Origin: Pseudomonas phage vB_Pa-PAC4
Strand: one strand, 5' to 3'
DNA length: 32,000 bases
Sequence record: PP408251.1
A model generated the notes under the pieces. That model worked only from the letters and a program-made list of their open reading frames with translations. It searched no databases and had not been told where the DNA came from. Positions 1 through 8,288 of the stretch are shown piece by piece; the first letter of the stretch is position 1; every line of letters starts with the position of its first letter. Both the position numbers and the translations under genes were made by a program.

Positions 1-2237
1 TCATTGGTCCATGGAATCTCCGCCATTTCCTGCTTCGACTGCGGCCAGCCGTCCGGGAAGGCCCGGGCAAGCCACTTGCCGAAGCCGGTGCGGCTCATGC
101 GGAAGTTCCGGCCCTGGTCGCGGAGGTCGTTCACGTAGTCGTCATACAAGCTGTCCTTCACCACCTTGTTCCGCCAGTCCTGGTCGGTCTTGAGCAACCG
201 GCCCTCCCACAGCTTCTCATACATCCACTGGGTTTCCGGCGACATGCTCATGATCTTCTGGTCCTGCAGCGCCCGGGTCTGGGGGACCTGGCGAACCTCG
301 AAGGCGCTCAGGTCATAGGTCAGGAGGAAGTGGAGCAGGTGCTCAAGTCCTCCGTTGTCCAGATCGTCCTTGATGCGCTTGAAATAGGCGTGGTCCTGCT
401 TGTGGCCCTCGCCCACCTCCATGACGAAGAACCGGCGTTCATCCAGACCCGCGGGCACCACCCAATCTTCGTTCGAGGCGAGGACCAGGTGGACATAGTT
501 CGGGGCCGCTTCCGCATCCACGCCCTTGCCCTCGATCACCAGGTGTTCTTCGGTCACGAGGGTCTTGAGCACGCTTTCGTGCTTCTTGTCTCCGGCGAAG
601 AAAGCCTCATCACCGAACAGCAGGACGGTATCCCGGAGGTGGGCGTTGAAGGAGCCCACCAGGTGCTTCGAGTCGCTGACTTGGAGGTAGTGACGCCCGA
701 ACATCGCGCCCAGGACCTTGGCGAAGAAGGACTTGCCGGTGCCGCGGCGACCGCGGAGGACCACGGCCACTTCGCCCGGGCCGTCCGGGTGCTGGACCAT
801 CCGAGCCATCCACCCGACCAGGTAGTGGTAGTGCTCCGGGTTCCCTGAGCAGACGTTGTCGCGGATGTGGTTCAGGAAGGGCATGTGCTTCTCGCCCGGG
901 AGGGAGTCGCACGCGAACCCGCGCCAGAGGTTGTAGGCTTCTTCGACCTCCTGGCCGGGGGCAAACACGATGGTCTCATATTGGCGGCGCTGGGGGTGAT
1001 CAATCCAGAAGGCTCCCGCGGCCTTCTCGATGGGCTTGCCCTCCTCCGAGTGCCCAACCACTACCTTGATGTGGCGGTAGCGGTTGCGGAAGTCCTCGAA
1101 GGACTGCTTGCTGATTTTGGTCCGCTTCATCGCCGGGTCCCAGACCTCGCTGATGATGCGGCACTTCCCGCCGATGTCCGCGATGACGGCGTGCTTCTCG
1201 TTGAGCTTGCGCAGCCAAGGGTCCACCGCCTCCTCGTGGGCACGTTCGATCTGCCGCAGGGCGTAGCCTTCCCAGTTCGGCTTGTCTCTGACGCTCGCGG
1301 CGATTTCGTTGGAGCCTGTGATCACCGCGAAGATCATTTCATCAGGGACCTCCGCCCGCACGAGGTCGCAGCAGACCTTGAACAGGGCTTCCGACCGGGA
1401 GGGGTACTTGGTCGGGTCCAGCGGGTCCTGCCCAGTAGCAATCAGCGCCAGTACGTGGTCGCTGATAGCCTTCCCGTGCTCATGGGCCCACTCCCGCAGC
1501 TCCTCCGTCCCGATGTCCGGGACGTTGCCCGTGATCTTCACCTTCGGACGGCCCCCGGCCAGGCCCTGCTCCGCCATCTGGACTCGAACCGCGGGGGTGA
1601 ATTGTTCGATGGGGTAGCTGGCCTCATTCCACTCCACGAGACGGGCGAGGGTCGGCTGGCGACCCTTCTTGACCTTCTTCGCGGTGGGCATGTTGATCGT
1701 GCCCGGGAGGCGCATGATGCGGTCCACGTTGTGGCAGTGGTCCGCCTGAAACACCTTCTCCAGCTGGATGTTGTACGCTTCCAGCTCCTGAGCCTTCGCC
1801 ACCGATCCGGCGATGTCCAGCTTGTCGGACGGGTTCAGACGCCAAAAGCCCTGATAGCCCCCGCCCGAGTCGATGATGACCGTGGGCTTGGGCGTGTAGG
1901 ACTGGAGCAGCTTCAGAGCCCGCGCCCGCTCCTCCTCGAAGTCCTCCCCGGCTCGCGGGTCGAGGTCCACGTGAAGCCAGGCGAGGCGGGCCATGTCCTC
2001 CTTCGAGGCTTTCACGTCCATCGCCCGGCGGACCGGGTTCACGTGGAAGTACAGGTTGCGCTTGCCCTGGTGCCCTTCGATCCACTCCGCGGCTTTCTGC
2101 CAGCGGTCGGGCATGAATGTGACCGTCTCCGTTTTCCCGTCCGGGATGATGGCCGTCAGGACCCACGGCCCCTCCGGGCACCACTTCTTCAGGAAGTCGA
2201 TTGCGTCCTTGGTCTTGTGTTTCGGCAGTTCCGCCAT
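1..2237 (-). CDS. Primase-helicase (PrimPol/RepB-like primase plus SF3-type/DUF5906-like helicase), C-terminus beyond left edge
   Basis: Read by hand on the minus strand from ATG at 2237 (MAELPKHKTKDAIDFLKKWCPEG...) with upstream AGGGGGAT. Contains HVDLDPRAGED (primase-like metal motif), Walker A GPRGTGKSFFAKVLG, LLFGDEAFFAG and LASNEDWVVPAGLDERRFFV. Absent as a complete ORF in the track because it leaves the window. Confidence 0.85.
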   Translation of the reverse strand, partial: MAELPKHKTKDAIDFLKKWCPEGPWVLTAIIPDGKTETVTFMPDRWQKAAEWIEGHQGKRNLYFHVNPVRRAMDVKASKEDMARLAWLHVDLDPRAGEDFEEERARALKLLQSYTPKPTVIIDSGGGYQGFWRLNPSDKLDIAGSVAKAQELEAYNIQLEKVFQADHCHNVDRIMRLPGTINMPTAKKVKKGRQPTLARLVEWNEASYPIEQFTPAVRVQMAEQGLAGGRPKVKITGNVPDIGTEELREWAHEHGKAISDHVLALIATGQDPLDPTKYPSRSEALFKVCCDLVRAEVPDEMIFAVITGSNEIAASVRDKPNWEGYALRQIERAHEEAVDPWLRKLNEKHAVIADIGGKCRIISEVWDPAMKRTKISKQSFEDFRNRYRHIKVVVGHSEEGKPIEKAAGAFWIDHPQRRQYETIVFAPGQEVEEAYNLWRGFACDSLPGEKHMPFLNHIRDNVCSGNPEHYHYLVGWMARMVQHPDGPGEVAVVLRGRRGTGKSFFAKVLGAMFGRHYLQVSDSKHLVGSFNAHLRDTVLLFGDEAFFAGDKKHESVLKTLVTEEHLVIEGKGVDAEAAPNYVHLVLASNEDWVVPAGLDERRFFVMEVGEGHKQDHAYFKRIKDDLDNGGLEHLLHFLLTYDLSAFEVRQVPQTRALQDQKIMSMSPETQWMYEKLWEGRLLKTDQDWRNKVVKDSLYDDYVNDLRDQGRNFRMSRTGFGKWLARAFPDGWPQSKQEMAEIPWTN

Positions 2238-2249
2238 TTCCGATCCCCC

Positions 2250-2576
2250 TCAAAAGCCCCAATATTCACGAAGGCGCTCAACCGGCGCTTTCCCGTCCTC
2301 CATCTGGATGACCCAGAGGCGAGTGCAGCCCAGAGCGGCGGCGATTTCGCGCTGGGTCTTACCCGAGCGGCGGCGGAACAGCAAGCAGACCTCGTGGGGC
2401 TTCAGTTGTCCGAGGTGCTGGCGCGGTTGATCGTCCAGGCGGCGGTCCGCTTCCCATTCACGGTAGCGGTCCGGGTGCACCCCGTACTCCTTCGCGGCCT
2501 CAATCTGATTGAGGCCCTTGCGGCGGCGGTGTAGCAGTAGGCTTTCGCCTTTGGTTGGTGTCACTGTAGCAGACAT
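2250..2576 (-). CDS. Small DNA-binding protein with two tandem helix-turn-helix-like segments
   Basis: Start at MSATVTPTK supported by AAGGAG upstream. Two similar segments: LLLHRRRKGLNQIEAAKEYGVHPDRYREWEAD and CLLFRRRSGKTQREIAAALGCTRLWVIQMEDG. Confidence 0.7.
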   Translation of the reverse strand: MSATVTPTKGESLLLHRRRKGLNQIEAAKEYGVHPDRYREWEADRRLDDQPRQHLGQLKPHEVCLLFRRRSGKTQREIAAALGCTRLWVIQMEDGKAPVERLREYWGF

Positions 2577-2959
2577 GTACAAATCTCCTTGGTTCTTGGA
2601 AGGCGTGTCCAACGTGCGACACAGACCTCATACAGACGTTCTCGCGGAACCCGGCCCAGCATAGCAGCGGCCACCGCTCCGTCGAATAGCAACCACTCCG
2701 TCTCCCCGACCTTCAGCAGGAGGAAGGCCCGTCCCCCGGCCTTGCGGCGACGGGTCAGCCAGGTCCTCTGCTGGCGGGTGAAGTGGTCCACTCGAAGCGG
2801 TCCGCCCCTGGGCGGCCAGCGTTCAGCGAACTTCAATTCAATCCAGCCCTGGTTGTAGTTCACATCCGGGGTCCCGGGCACAATGGGGTTCTCCACGCGC
2901 ACCGGGTCCAGCGACCGGATGACGGGGCGGAGGGAGTCCCACATTGCGGCTTCAGACAT
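2561..2959 (-). CDS. VRR-NUC / PD-(D/E)XK-like nuclease
   Basis: Small protein with PGTPDVNYNQGWIELKFAERW, matching the PD...(E)xK nuclease core. Confidence 0.6.
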   Translation of the reverse strand: MSEAAMWDSLRPVIRSLDPVRVENPIVPGTPDVNYNQGWIELKFAERWPPRGGPLRVDHFTRQQRTWLTRRRKAGGRAFLLLKVGETEWLLFDGAVAAAMLGRVPRERLYEVCVARWTRLPRTKEICTCLLQ

Positions 2960-3413
2960 CTACCCACCTCACTTCGATGTTGTAACGGCGGGCGACTTCC
3001 AAAGCCTCATCAATGCGTTGATTCCACTCAGCAACCCACCCCGGATCGCGGCCCGAGTAGTCGATGCCCGGGAAGGCGACCCGCTTCACGCCCGCCTTCC
3101 CCGCGGCCTCCATACAGTTCGGACAGCAGGGGAAAGAAGTATAGAGCGTGAAGCCAGTCGCAGGCGAGCCCAGAAAGTTGAGTGCGTTGACCTCTGCGTG
3201 AACAACGTGCTGGTATTTGTACCCGCGGTCAGCGTACAACTCCGGCGAGTCATCGTGCCCGGGCGGGAAGCCGTTGAACCCGGTCGAAGCCACGCTGTTG
3301 TTGGGCCGAACCAGGACGGCTCCGACCTTCGTGGAAGGGTCCTTGCTCCAGCCCGCGACGTGTTGGGCCAGCCCAACATAGCGGCGGTCCCAGCGGTCTT
3401 GACGTTCGCTCAT
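2952..3413 (-). CDS. Deoxycytidylate (dCMP) deaminase-like protein
   Basis: HAEVNAL zinc/catalytic motif and TSFPCCPNCMEAAGKAGVKRV; N-terminal STKVGAVLV. Confidence 0.9.
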   Translation of the reverse strand: MSERQDRWDRRYVGLAQHVAGWSKDPSTKVGAVLVRPNNSVASTGFNGFPPGHDDSPELYADRGYKYQHVVHAEVNALNFLGSPATGFTLYTSFPCCPNCMEAAGKAGVKRVAFPGIDYSGRDPGWVAEWNQRIDEALEVARRYNIEVRWVDV

Positions 3414-3604
3414 TTCACCTCCTCCTTCAGCAAAACCTTCTGGGCGACGTTCCCGAGGAAGTAACCGCCCAGCAGGAGCCAGGTCAAGGACTCGAAGGCG
3501 TCCACCGGCAACTTGCCCACGTACAGGAGCCAGACCAGGACCGCCTCCCAGATCATCGCCGCCCAGAACTTCCGGGAGGTCCAGCGCACGGCGATGTCGT
3601 TCAT
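3410..3604 (-). CDS. Small membrane protein, holin-like, function unknown
   Basis: MNDIAVRWTSRKFWAAMIWEAVLVWLLYVGKLPVDAFESLTWLLLGGYFLGNVAQKVLLKEEVK with two hydrophobic segments; ATGA start/stop overlap with both neighbours. Confidence 0.55.
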   Translation of the reverse strand: MNDIAVRWTSRKFWAAMIWEAVLVWLLYVGKLPVDAFESLTWLLLGGYFLGNVAQKVLLKEEVK

Positions 3605-3915
3605 ATCAGCCCCTTCTCGTTGGCGATCCATTCGGTGACCGTCAGGGTCGCTGTGCGGCCCTTCTTCTCGACCGCGCGGACCTGTGACTTGGGCATCCAG
3701 ACTTCCTCCTCACCGCCGTGGTCGATGAGGTATGCCTTGTCTGTCTCGCGCTTGATGACCACTTCGAGGTCCACGGTGTTGTCGTTGCTGCGGCGCATAT
3801 CGTTCTCCAGGGGTTCGCCCCGGACTTCCTCCGGGGTCAGGCGGGTACACTTTGCGCAGCGTGCATCCGCAAACAAGTAAGTGACCTGCGCGTCACATTG
3901 ATAGCAGAACTTCAT
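3601..3915 (-). CDS. Hypothetical protein with N-terminal zinc-ribbon-like CxxC...CxxC
   Basis: MKFCYQCDAQVTYLFADARCAKCTRLT...; ATGA overlap with downstream gene. Confidence 0.6.
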   Translation of the reverse strand: MKFCYQCDAQVTYLFADARCAKCTRLTPEEVRGEPLENDMRRSNDNTVDLEVVIKRETDKAYLIDHGGEEEVWMPKSQVRAVEKKGRTATLTVTEWIANEKGLI

Positions 3916-5906
3916 GATGGTGGGTTTCCGTCCCAGCCCATGGAATGACCCCAGCTCTGCCCAATCTCCACGTCCACCTTTGACGGGAGTTCGAGCGGCG
4001 TGCACGTCCTCATGATGTGGGCGGCTTCCGCGGCCTCCTTCATGTCGTGTACGCTGAAGGCGATCTCATCGTGGACCTGGATGATGATGTCCAGTCCGGC
4101 TTCCGCGCAGGCCACCATCGCCATCTTGGTCTGGTCCGCGGAGGAGCCCTGAATCAGCCGGTTCAGTCCCTTGTGGGTCCAGTCATAGTTCCCGTCCTTG
4201 TCCTTCGGGAAGCGGCAACGGCGACCGCTCAGGGTCGTGATGTAGCCCACGGCCTTCGCCCGGGCTTCGCAAGCCTTCGCCAGCTTCTTGATGAACGGCA
4301 CCTTGTGGTCGAAGGTGTCCAGGAGGGCCTGACCCTCCGGCCCCGCGGCCTCGAACCTCCGCGCCCCTTCCGCGACCAGGCGCTGACCCTCCGGGCTGTT
4401 CACGTCGAACAGCTGGAAGCGGGGGCCACGCACGGCCATCATAGTCGGGAGCCCGAGCTTGCGGCACATCTTCGCCCCGCCCATCCCGTAGGACAGGCCC
4501 AGGTAGATTTCCTTGGCGTCCTTGCGCTTGATCCCCGCCATGTCCGCCATCATCTGGTGGTTGTCGGTGTTCGGGTCGTTGCGGTACTTGTCCCGGGCTT
4601 CGATTGCGGACAGCCAGGCTTGGTGCCCAATCAGGTCCTTCGCCAAGCAGGCGTAGTGGACCGCCATGCGCGGCTCCTGCTGGCTGTAGTCGTTGGACGC
4701 CCAGTGTTGGCCTTCCTCCGGGAGGTAGATGGCCCGCCACATCATGGCGAACTCATCCCGAGCCGGTTGCTGCTGGAGGTTCGGGTGTTCGCTGGACAGT
4801 CGCCCGTAGGCAGCGCCCGCGGTCCCGTCGCTTTCGTCATCCTTCTGGCGGCGGAGCTGGTTGAACGTCCCGTGGAGGCGACCGTTCACCATGTGGTCCC
4901 GGACGGAGCTGGCGAAGGTCGTGCGCAGCTTGTTCACCTTCCGGGCGCGTTCGAGGAGGTCCGCCACGGGGTGGTCGATTGAGCCCAGCAGCTCCTTGTC
5001 GATGTTGGGCTTGCCCTGGGAGGTCTTGTTCAGCTTGATGCCGATGTGTTCGAGGGCGGGGGCGATCACCTCCGGCTTCCAGACATCGCCCACGGCGATC
5101 CGGTGGCCGGTGATCGACCGGACTTGGGCCAGGGCCTCCGTCTCCTTCTCCAGCGCCCAACGCTCAATCATGTCCAGGCGGTCGCAGTCGATTCGGACGC
5201 CCCGGCGGCGAAGGCCCGTGAGGATCGGGAGCAGCTTGGACTCCAGATTGTACACGCCCCAGAGGTCCTGCTCATCAATCTCCCGCTCCTGACGGCGGAG
5301 GATGTTCAGAGGCAGGCGCGTGTCCTCCTCCGCGTACTTCCCGACAAACTTGGCCGGGAGCATCCACATGTCCTTCTTCGGGTCAATCCCATAATCGACC
5401 GCGGCGGCGCGCAGCAGGGCTTCGTCCTTGCCGTGGAATCCCCACCGCTCCGCGATAGCTTGCATGCTGTAGCTGTCGTGGAGTTCGCAGATCAGCGGGT
5501 CAGCGATCTGGATGTCACGGAAGTAGCGGACCCGCTCGAACTCGATGCCGTCCCCGGCGAGGAAGTCCAGGTCATACGGGAGGTTGGCCCCCACGAGGTC
5601 GCCGGTGAACACCTTTGCCTGGGCGCGGAGGTAGGCCAGCACGCCCTCCAGCGGGAGGTTGCCCCCGCCTTCGTGTCTGATGGGCAAGTACCCGCCCGGG
5701 CCGTCCTCGATTGCGAAGCTGATGCCGGTGATGTAGCTGTTCGGGCGACGGCCCGCCCCCGGTCCGAGTTTGCGCAGGTCCGGGTCCCGCGTCTCGCAGT
5801 CGATGGCGACCCGCTTGGCCCCCTCCCACGAGGGGAGGGTGCTGAGGTCCGGGGCCACCCAGTCGCTGGAGACGGTCGTGAACAGGGGTGGTTGGAGGTA
5901 TGACAT
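3912..5906 (-). CDS. Family A DNA polymerase (PolA-like) with 3'-5' exonuclease-like N-terminus
   Basis: Exo I-like AIDCETRDP; motif A NDYSQQEPR; motif B KRKDAKEIYLGLSYGMG; motif C QVHDEIAFSV. Confidence 0.95.
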   Translation of the reverse strand: MSYLQPPLFTTVSSDWVAPDLSTLPSWEGAKRVAIDCETRDPDLRKLGPGAGRRPNSYITGISFAIEDGPGGYLPIRHEGGGNLPLEGVLAYLRAQAKVFTGDLVGANLPYDLDFLAGDGIEFERVRYFRDIQIADPLICELHDSYSMQAIAERWGFHGKDEALLRAAAVDYGIDPKKDMWMLPAKFVGKYAEEDTRLPLNILRRQEREIDEQDLWGVYNLESKLLPILTGLRRRGVRIDCDRLDMIERWALEKETEALAQVRSITGHRIAVGDVWKPEVIAPALEHIGIKLNKTSQGKPNIDKELLGSIDHPVADLLERARKVNKLRTTFASSVRDHMVNGRLHGTFNQLRRQKDDESDGTAGAAYGRLSSEHPNLQQQPARDEFAMMWRAIYLPEEGQHWASNDYSQQEPRMAVHYACLAKDLIGHQAWLSAIEARDKYRNDPNTDNHQMMADMAGIKRKDAKEIYLGLSYGMGGAKMCRKLGLPTMMAVRGPRFQLFDVNSPEGQRLVAEGARRFEAAGPEGQALLDTFDHKVPFIKKLAKACEARAKAVGYITTLSGRRCRFPKDKDGNYDWTHKGLNRLIQGSSADQTKMAMVACAEAGLDIIIQVHDEIAFSVHDMKEAAEAAHIMRTCTPLELPSKVDVEIGQSWGHSMGWDGNPPS

Positions 5907-6292
5907 CAGGCTCCGACCTCCGCAATCATCTTGCGCAGGAGGTTCAGGGCCGCGGTCAGCTCCGGGTCGGACTCCCAGAAGGTGAGGATGCGGACCACTT
6001 CGGCTTCGTCCTCCGTCAGCCCGTTCGCGGCGGCGAAGGCGTCCGGGGTAATGACCACGGCGGCGGGGCGGGGCAGCAGGACCCCGTTGCGGTACAGGTC
6101 CTGGACCTTCTCCACGTAGTGGATCGCCTTCTCAAGGTCCTGGCGCGGGTCCTCGTGCTTCTTGCGGTTGCGGGTCGCGTACTTGGTCGCGCAGCCTTCG
6201 GTGTAGCGGAGGCCGTTCAGCTCCACGTAGTCCCAGTGTTGGACGGGCGAGCGGTAGTGCTCACCGCCCACTTGCTTTTCGTTCACGCTCAT
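5906..6292 (-). CDS. DUF3310-like phage protein
   Basis: VGGEHYRSPVQHWDYVELNGLRYTEGCATKYATRNRKKHEDPRQDLEKAIHYVEK matches the familiar DUF3310 pattern (HY...a.kYi.R...K....DL.Ka..yl). Confidence 0.75.
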   Translation of the reverse strand: MSVNEKQVGGEHYRSPVQHWDYVELNGLRYTEGCATKYATRNRKKHEDPRQDLEKAIHYVEKVQDLYRNGVLLPRPAAVVITPDAFAAANGLTEDEAEVVRILTFWESDPELTAALNLLRKMIAEVGA

Positions 6293-6488
6293 CTTGTAAC
6301 TCCTTCATCAGTTCCCGAAGCCGGAGTGTCTGCTGGCGGTACAAGTACCCAAAACACCCGTGCTCCCCGTTCATCATATCCGTGTGGACCTTGCGGAGGT
6401 GCGCAGCGAGTTCTTCCACCGTGTCGAAGGCGTAGAACTTCAGCTGCGGGTCCTCCGCCCAATCACGTCGCAGCTTCTCCAAGTCCAT
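6261..6488 (-). CDS. Hypothetical phage protein
   Basis: 75-aa ORF in a tightly packed operon between assigned genes, same strand. Confidence 0.5.
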   Translation of the reverse strand: MDLEKLRRDWAEDPQLKFYAFDTVEELAAHLRKVHTDMMNGEHGCFGYLYRQQTLRLRELMKELQDERERKASGR

Positions 6489-7098
6489 CGCGCACCACCT
6501 CCTCGAAGAAGTCCGAGAGACGGCGATGCGGCTGTTGCTTCGCTGCCACGTAGAAGGCGCGGACGGGTTCGGGCAGGCTACCCCCCAGGCCCCGCTTCTC
6601 CGTCACCGCCTCGCATGCCCTCCGCATGGCCGTGACCGCTTCGTTGCCCAGGGCTTCTTCCTCCCGGCACCATAGCCACAGTTCGAGGGTGTCCACGGCC
6701 TTCAACCAGTCCTCCTCGTCAGGGAGAAGGCCCGGGAGCAGGCCCAGGGTCGCCAGCACGCGGCGTTCCGCCTCCTCATACACCTTCCCGAGTTCGGAGT
6801 GGGTCCACTTCGCCGGGGCCGGAATGTCGCCCAACCAACGCTCCGCGCAGTCGTGCCACTGGACCGCCTTGATCAGGTTCAGCGACGGGTGCGGGTGGAG
6901 CAGCAGGAGGAGGCTCACGGCCCCGTAGCTGTGCTGGGCGATGTTGTACTGACCGTGGTGCGGGACGATGTGGCACCGGCGGACCGTCCCGGCCTCCCGG
7001 GTCGCGGCGATCCGGGTCAGGAGCGGGCGGGCGGTGCGGCGGTTCAGCTCCTCCGCCTCGCGCTCCTCGTCATGAATCTTGCTCATCAGGCTTCCCAT
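6463..7098 (-). CDS. HD-domain hydrolase, YfbR-like 5'-deoxynucleotidase candidate
   Basis: RRCHIVPHHGQYNIAQHSYGAV...AVQWHDCAERWLGDIPAPAKW matches the YfbR-like HD pattern; GAGGAG upstream of ATG. Confidence 0.7.
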   Translation of the reverse strand: MGSLMSKIHDEEREAEELNRRTARPLLTRIAATREAGTVRRCHIVPHHGQYNIAQHSYGAVSLLLLLHPHPSLNLIKAVQWHDCAERWLGDIPAPAKWTHSELGKVYEEAERRVLATLGLLPGLLPDEEDWLKAVDTLELWLWCREEEALGNEAVTAMRRACEAVTEKRGLGGSLPEPVRAFYVAAKQQPHRRLSDFFEEVVRDGLGEAAT

Positions 7099-7110
7099 TG
7101 TTCCGTCTCC

Positions 7111-8166
7111 TCACTCATACGCCACGCCATCGTCCATCGCCCGGGCCTTGCGAGCCTCGAAGGCGGCGCGGCGGCGTTCGATCCACTCCACCCCGGCCAG
7201 CTTCCAGTCGGTGGCGGCGACGTTGTCCAGCTCCGCCAAGGCGGCGTCAAAGCGGGAGGGGTTGGAGGTCTGCTTGAAAGCCTTGTGGGCCTTCAACATC
7301 GGGATCGCCACGCGACGGAAGAACGGGTCACGGAAGCCCACGGCGTCCGGCTCGCTCAGGAACATCATCAGCTCCTGGTTCCACTCCTCCGGGTCCGTGG
7401 ACATCAGCGGGTAGGGCTCCGCGATCCCGGCGGCGTAGGGGTCGGGCGTCTCCTTCCCGGTCATCGGGTTGGCGGCGAGGTCCGCGAGCGGGGCGACCTT
7501 GTCCAGCACCTCCTCATAGGCGTGGAAGTTGGCGCTGACTTGGCGGTAGATGCCTTGTTCCACCCCTACACTCCGGGCGACGTACTCATGGAGGTAGCTG
7601 AAATGGACCGCGTTGGCCCCGTAGGCTCCCCAGATCAGGTCGTTGGAGCGGTTGGTCACGGTCATGTCCAGGCGACCGTCGCAGGCGATCTGGAAGATCG
7701 CCTGAAGGTTGCACGGGAGGTCCTTGCCTTGGCGGCCCAGGTCCGCGTCCGCGTCCCACATCGACAGGACCTGGCGGCGGTCATCGCGGTTCGCCTTCAG
7801 GGCGGCGATGATCTTGGGCAGCTGGTCCTCGAAGAAGTGCTGGCGCCAGCGGAAGCCGTAGGCCCCGTGGAAGGTCAGGCCGTCATCCGAGTAGCTGCGC
7901 ATGCGATCCACGAAGCGGGCGACGTACTCCACGTCATTGCGTCCGCCCAGCATCCAGAGGCTTTCCATCAGGTGGAAGAAGGGGTTGGCGTCCCGTTCCG
8001 CCCAGAACAGCACGCGCTCCGCCGGGCGGAGGTACACGGTGGTGACGGGTTCCGGGAACATGAACACGGGGCCGTTGCGCGAGTCGCGGCGGACGCCCTC
8101 GAAGGACAGTTGATACAGGGCCTCCGGGAGGGCCTGTTGTACGTTGCGGGTCTTGATGACTTTCAT
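7111..8166 (-). CDS. Thymidylate synthase-fold enzyme, candidate dUMP hydroxymethylase
   Basis: MKVIKTRNVQQALPEALYQL...; LPCNLQAIFQIACDGRLDMTVTNRSNDLIWGAYGANAVHFSYLHEY. TS-fold signature with catalytic Cys (PC). Hydroxymethylase rather than methylase activity is inferred from the neighbouring 5-hmdU kinase. Confidence 0.85.
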   Translation of the reverse strand: MKVIKTRNVQQALPEALYQLSFEGVRRDSRNGPVFMFPEPVTTVYLRPAERVLFWAERDANPFFHLMESLWMLGGRNDVEYVARFVDRMRSYSDDGLTFHGAYGFRWRQHFFEDQLPKIIAALKANRDDRRQVLSMWDADADLGRQGKDLPCNLQAIFQIACDGRLDMTVTNRSNDLIWGAYGANAVHFSYLHEYVARSVGVEQGIYRQVSANFHAYEEVLDKVAPLADLAANPMTGKETPDPYAAGIAEPYPLMSTDPEEWNQELMMFLSEPDAVGFRDPFFRRVAIPMLKAHKAFKQTSNPSRFDAALAELDNVAATDWKLAGVEWIERRRAAFEARKARAMDDGVAYE

Positions 8167-8276
8167 TTCTTGTTGAACTCCACGAAGATGACGTTGCCGG
8201 TCCGGCGAAGGACGCGGGGGCGAGGGAGCCAGACCAACCACCAGCTCCAGTACCACCAGAACGGCGAGAAGATCAT
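8163..8276 (-). CDS. 37-aa Trp-rich membrane microprotein candidate (not in supplied track)
   Basis: ATG at 8276 preceded by AGGAGGGGGCC; translates to MIFSPFWWYWSWWLVWLPRPRVLRRTGNVIFVEFNKK; its stop overlaps the next gene's start (ATGA). Confidence 0.55.
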   Translation of the reverse strand: MIFSPFWWYWSWWLVWLPRPRVLRRTGNVIFVEFNKK

Positions 8277-8288
8277 GGCCCCCTCCTG

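Noticed and set aside
867-2534. 555-aa plus-strand ORF
   Set aside because: Antisense to the continuous primase-helicase frame, which carries clear motifs; composition looks like a high-GC shadow ORF.
3125-3150. GAAGTATAG-like element inside the dCMP deaminase gene
   Set aside because: It is within a conserved coding stretch and lacks a matching -35 at the right spacing; treated as coincidence.
3410-3604. Confident holin call
   Set aside because: Only hydrophobicity supports it; no endolysin or spanin gene lies nearby in this window.
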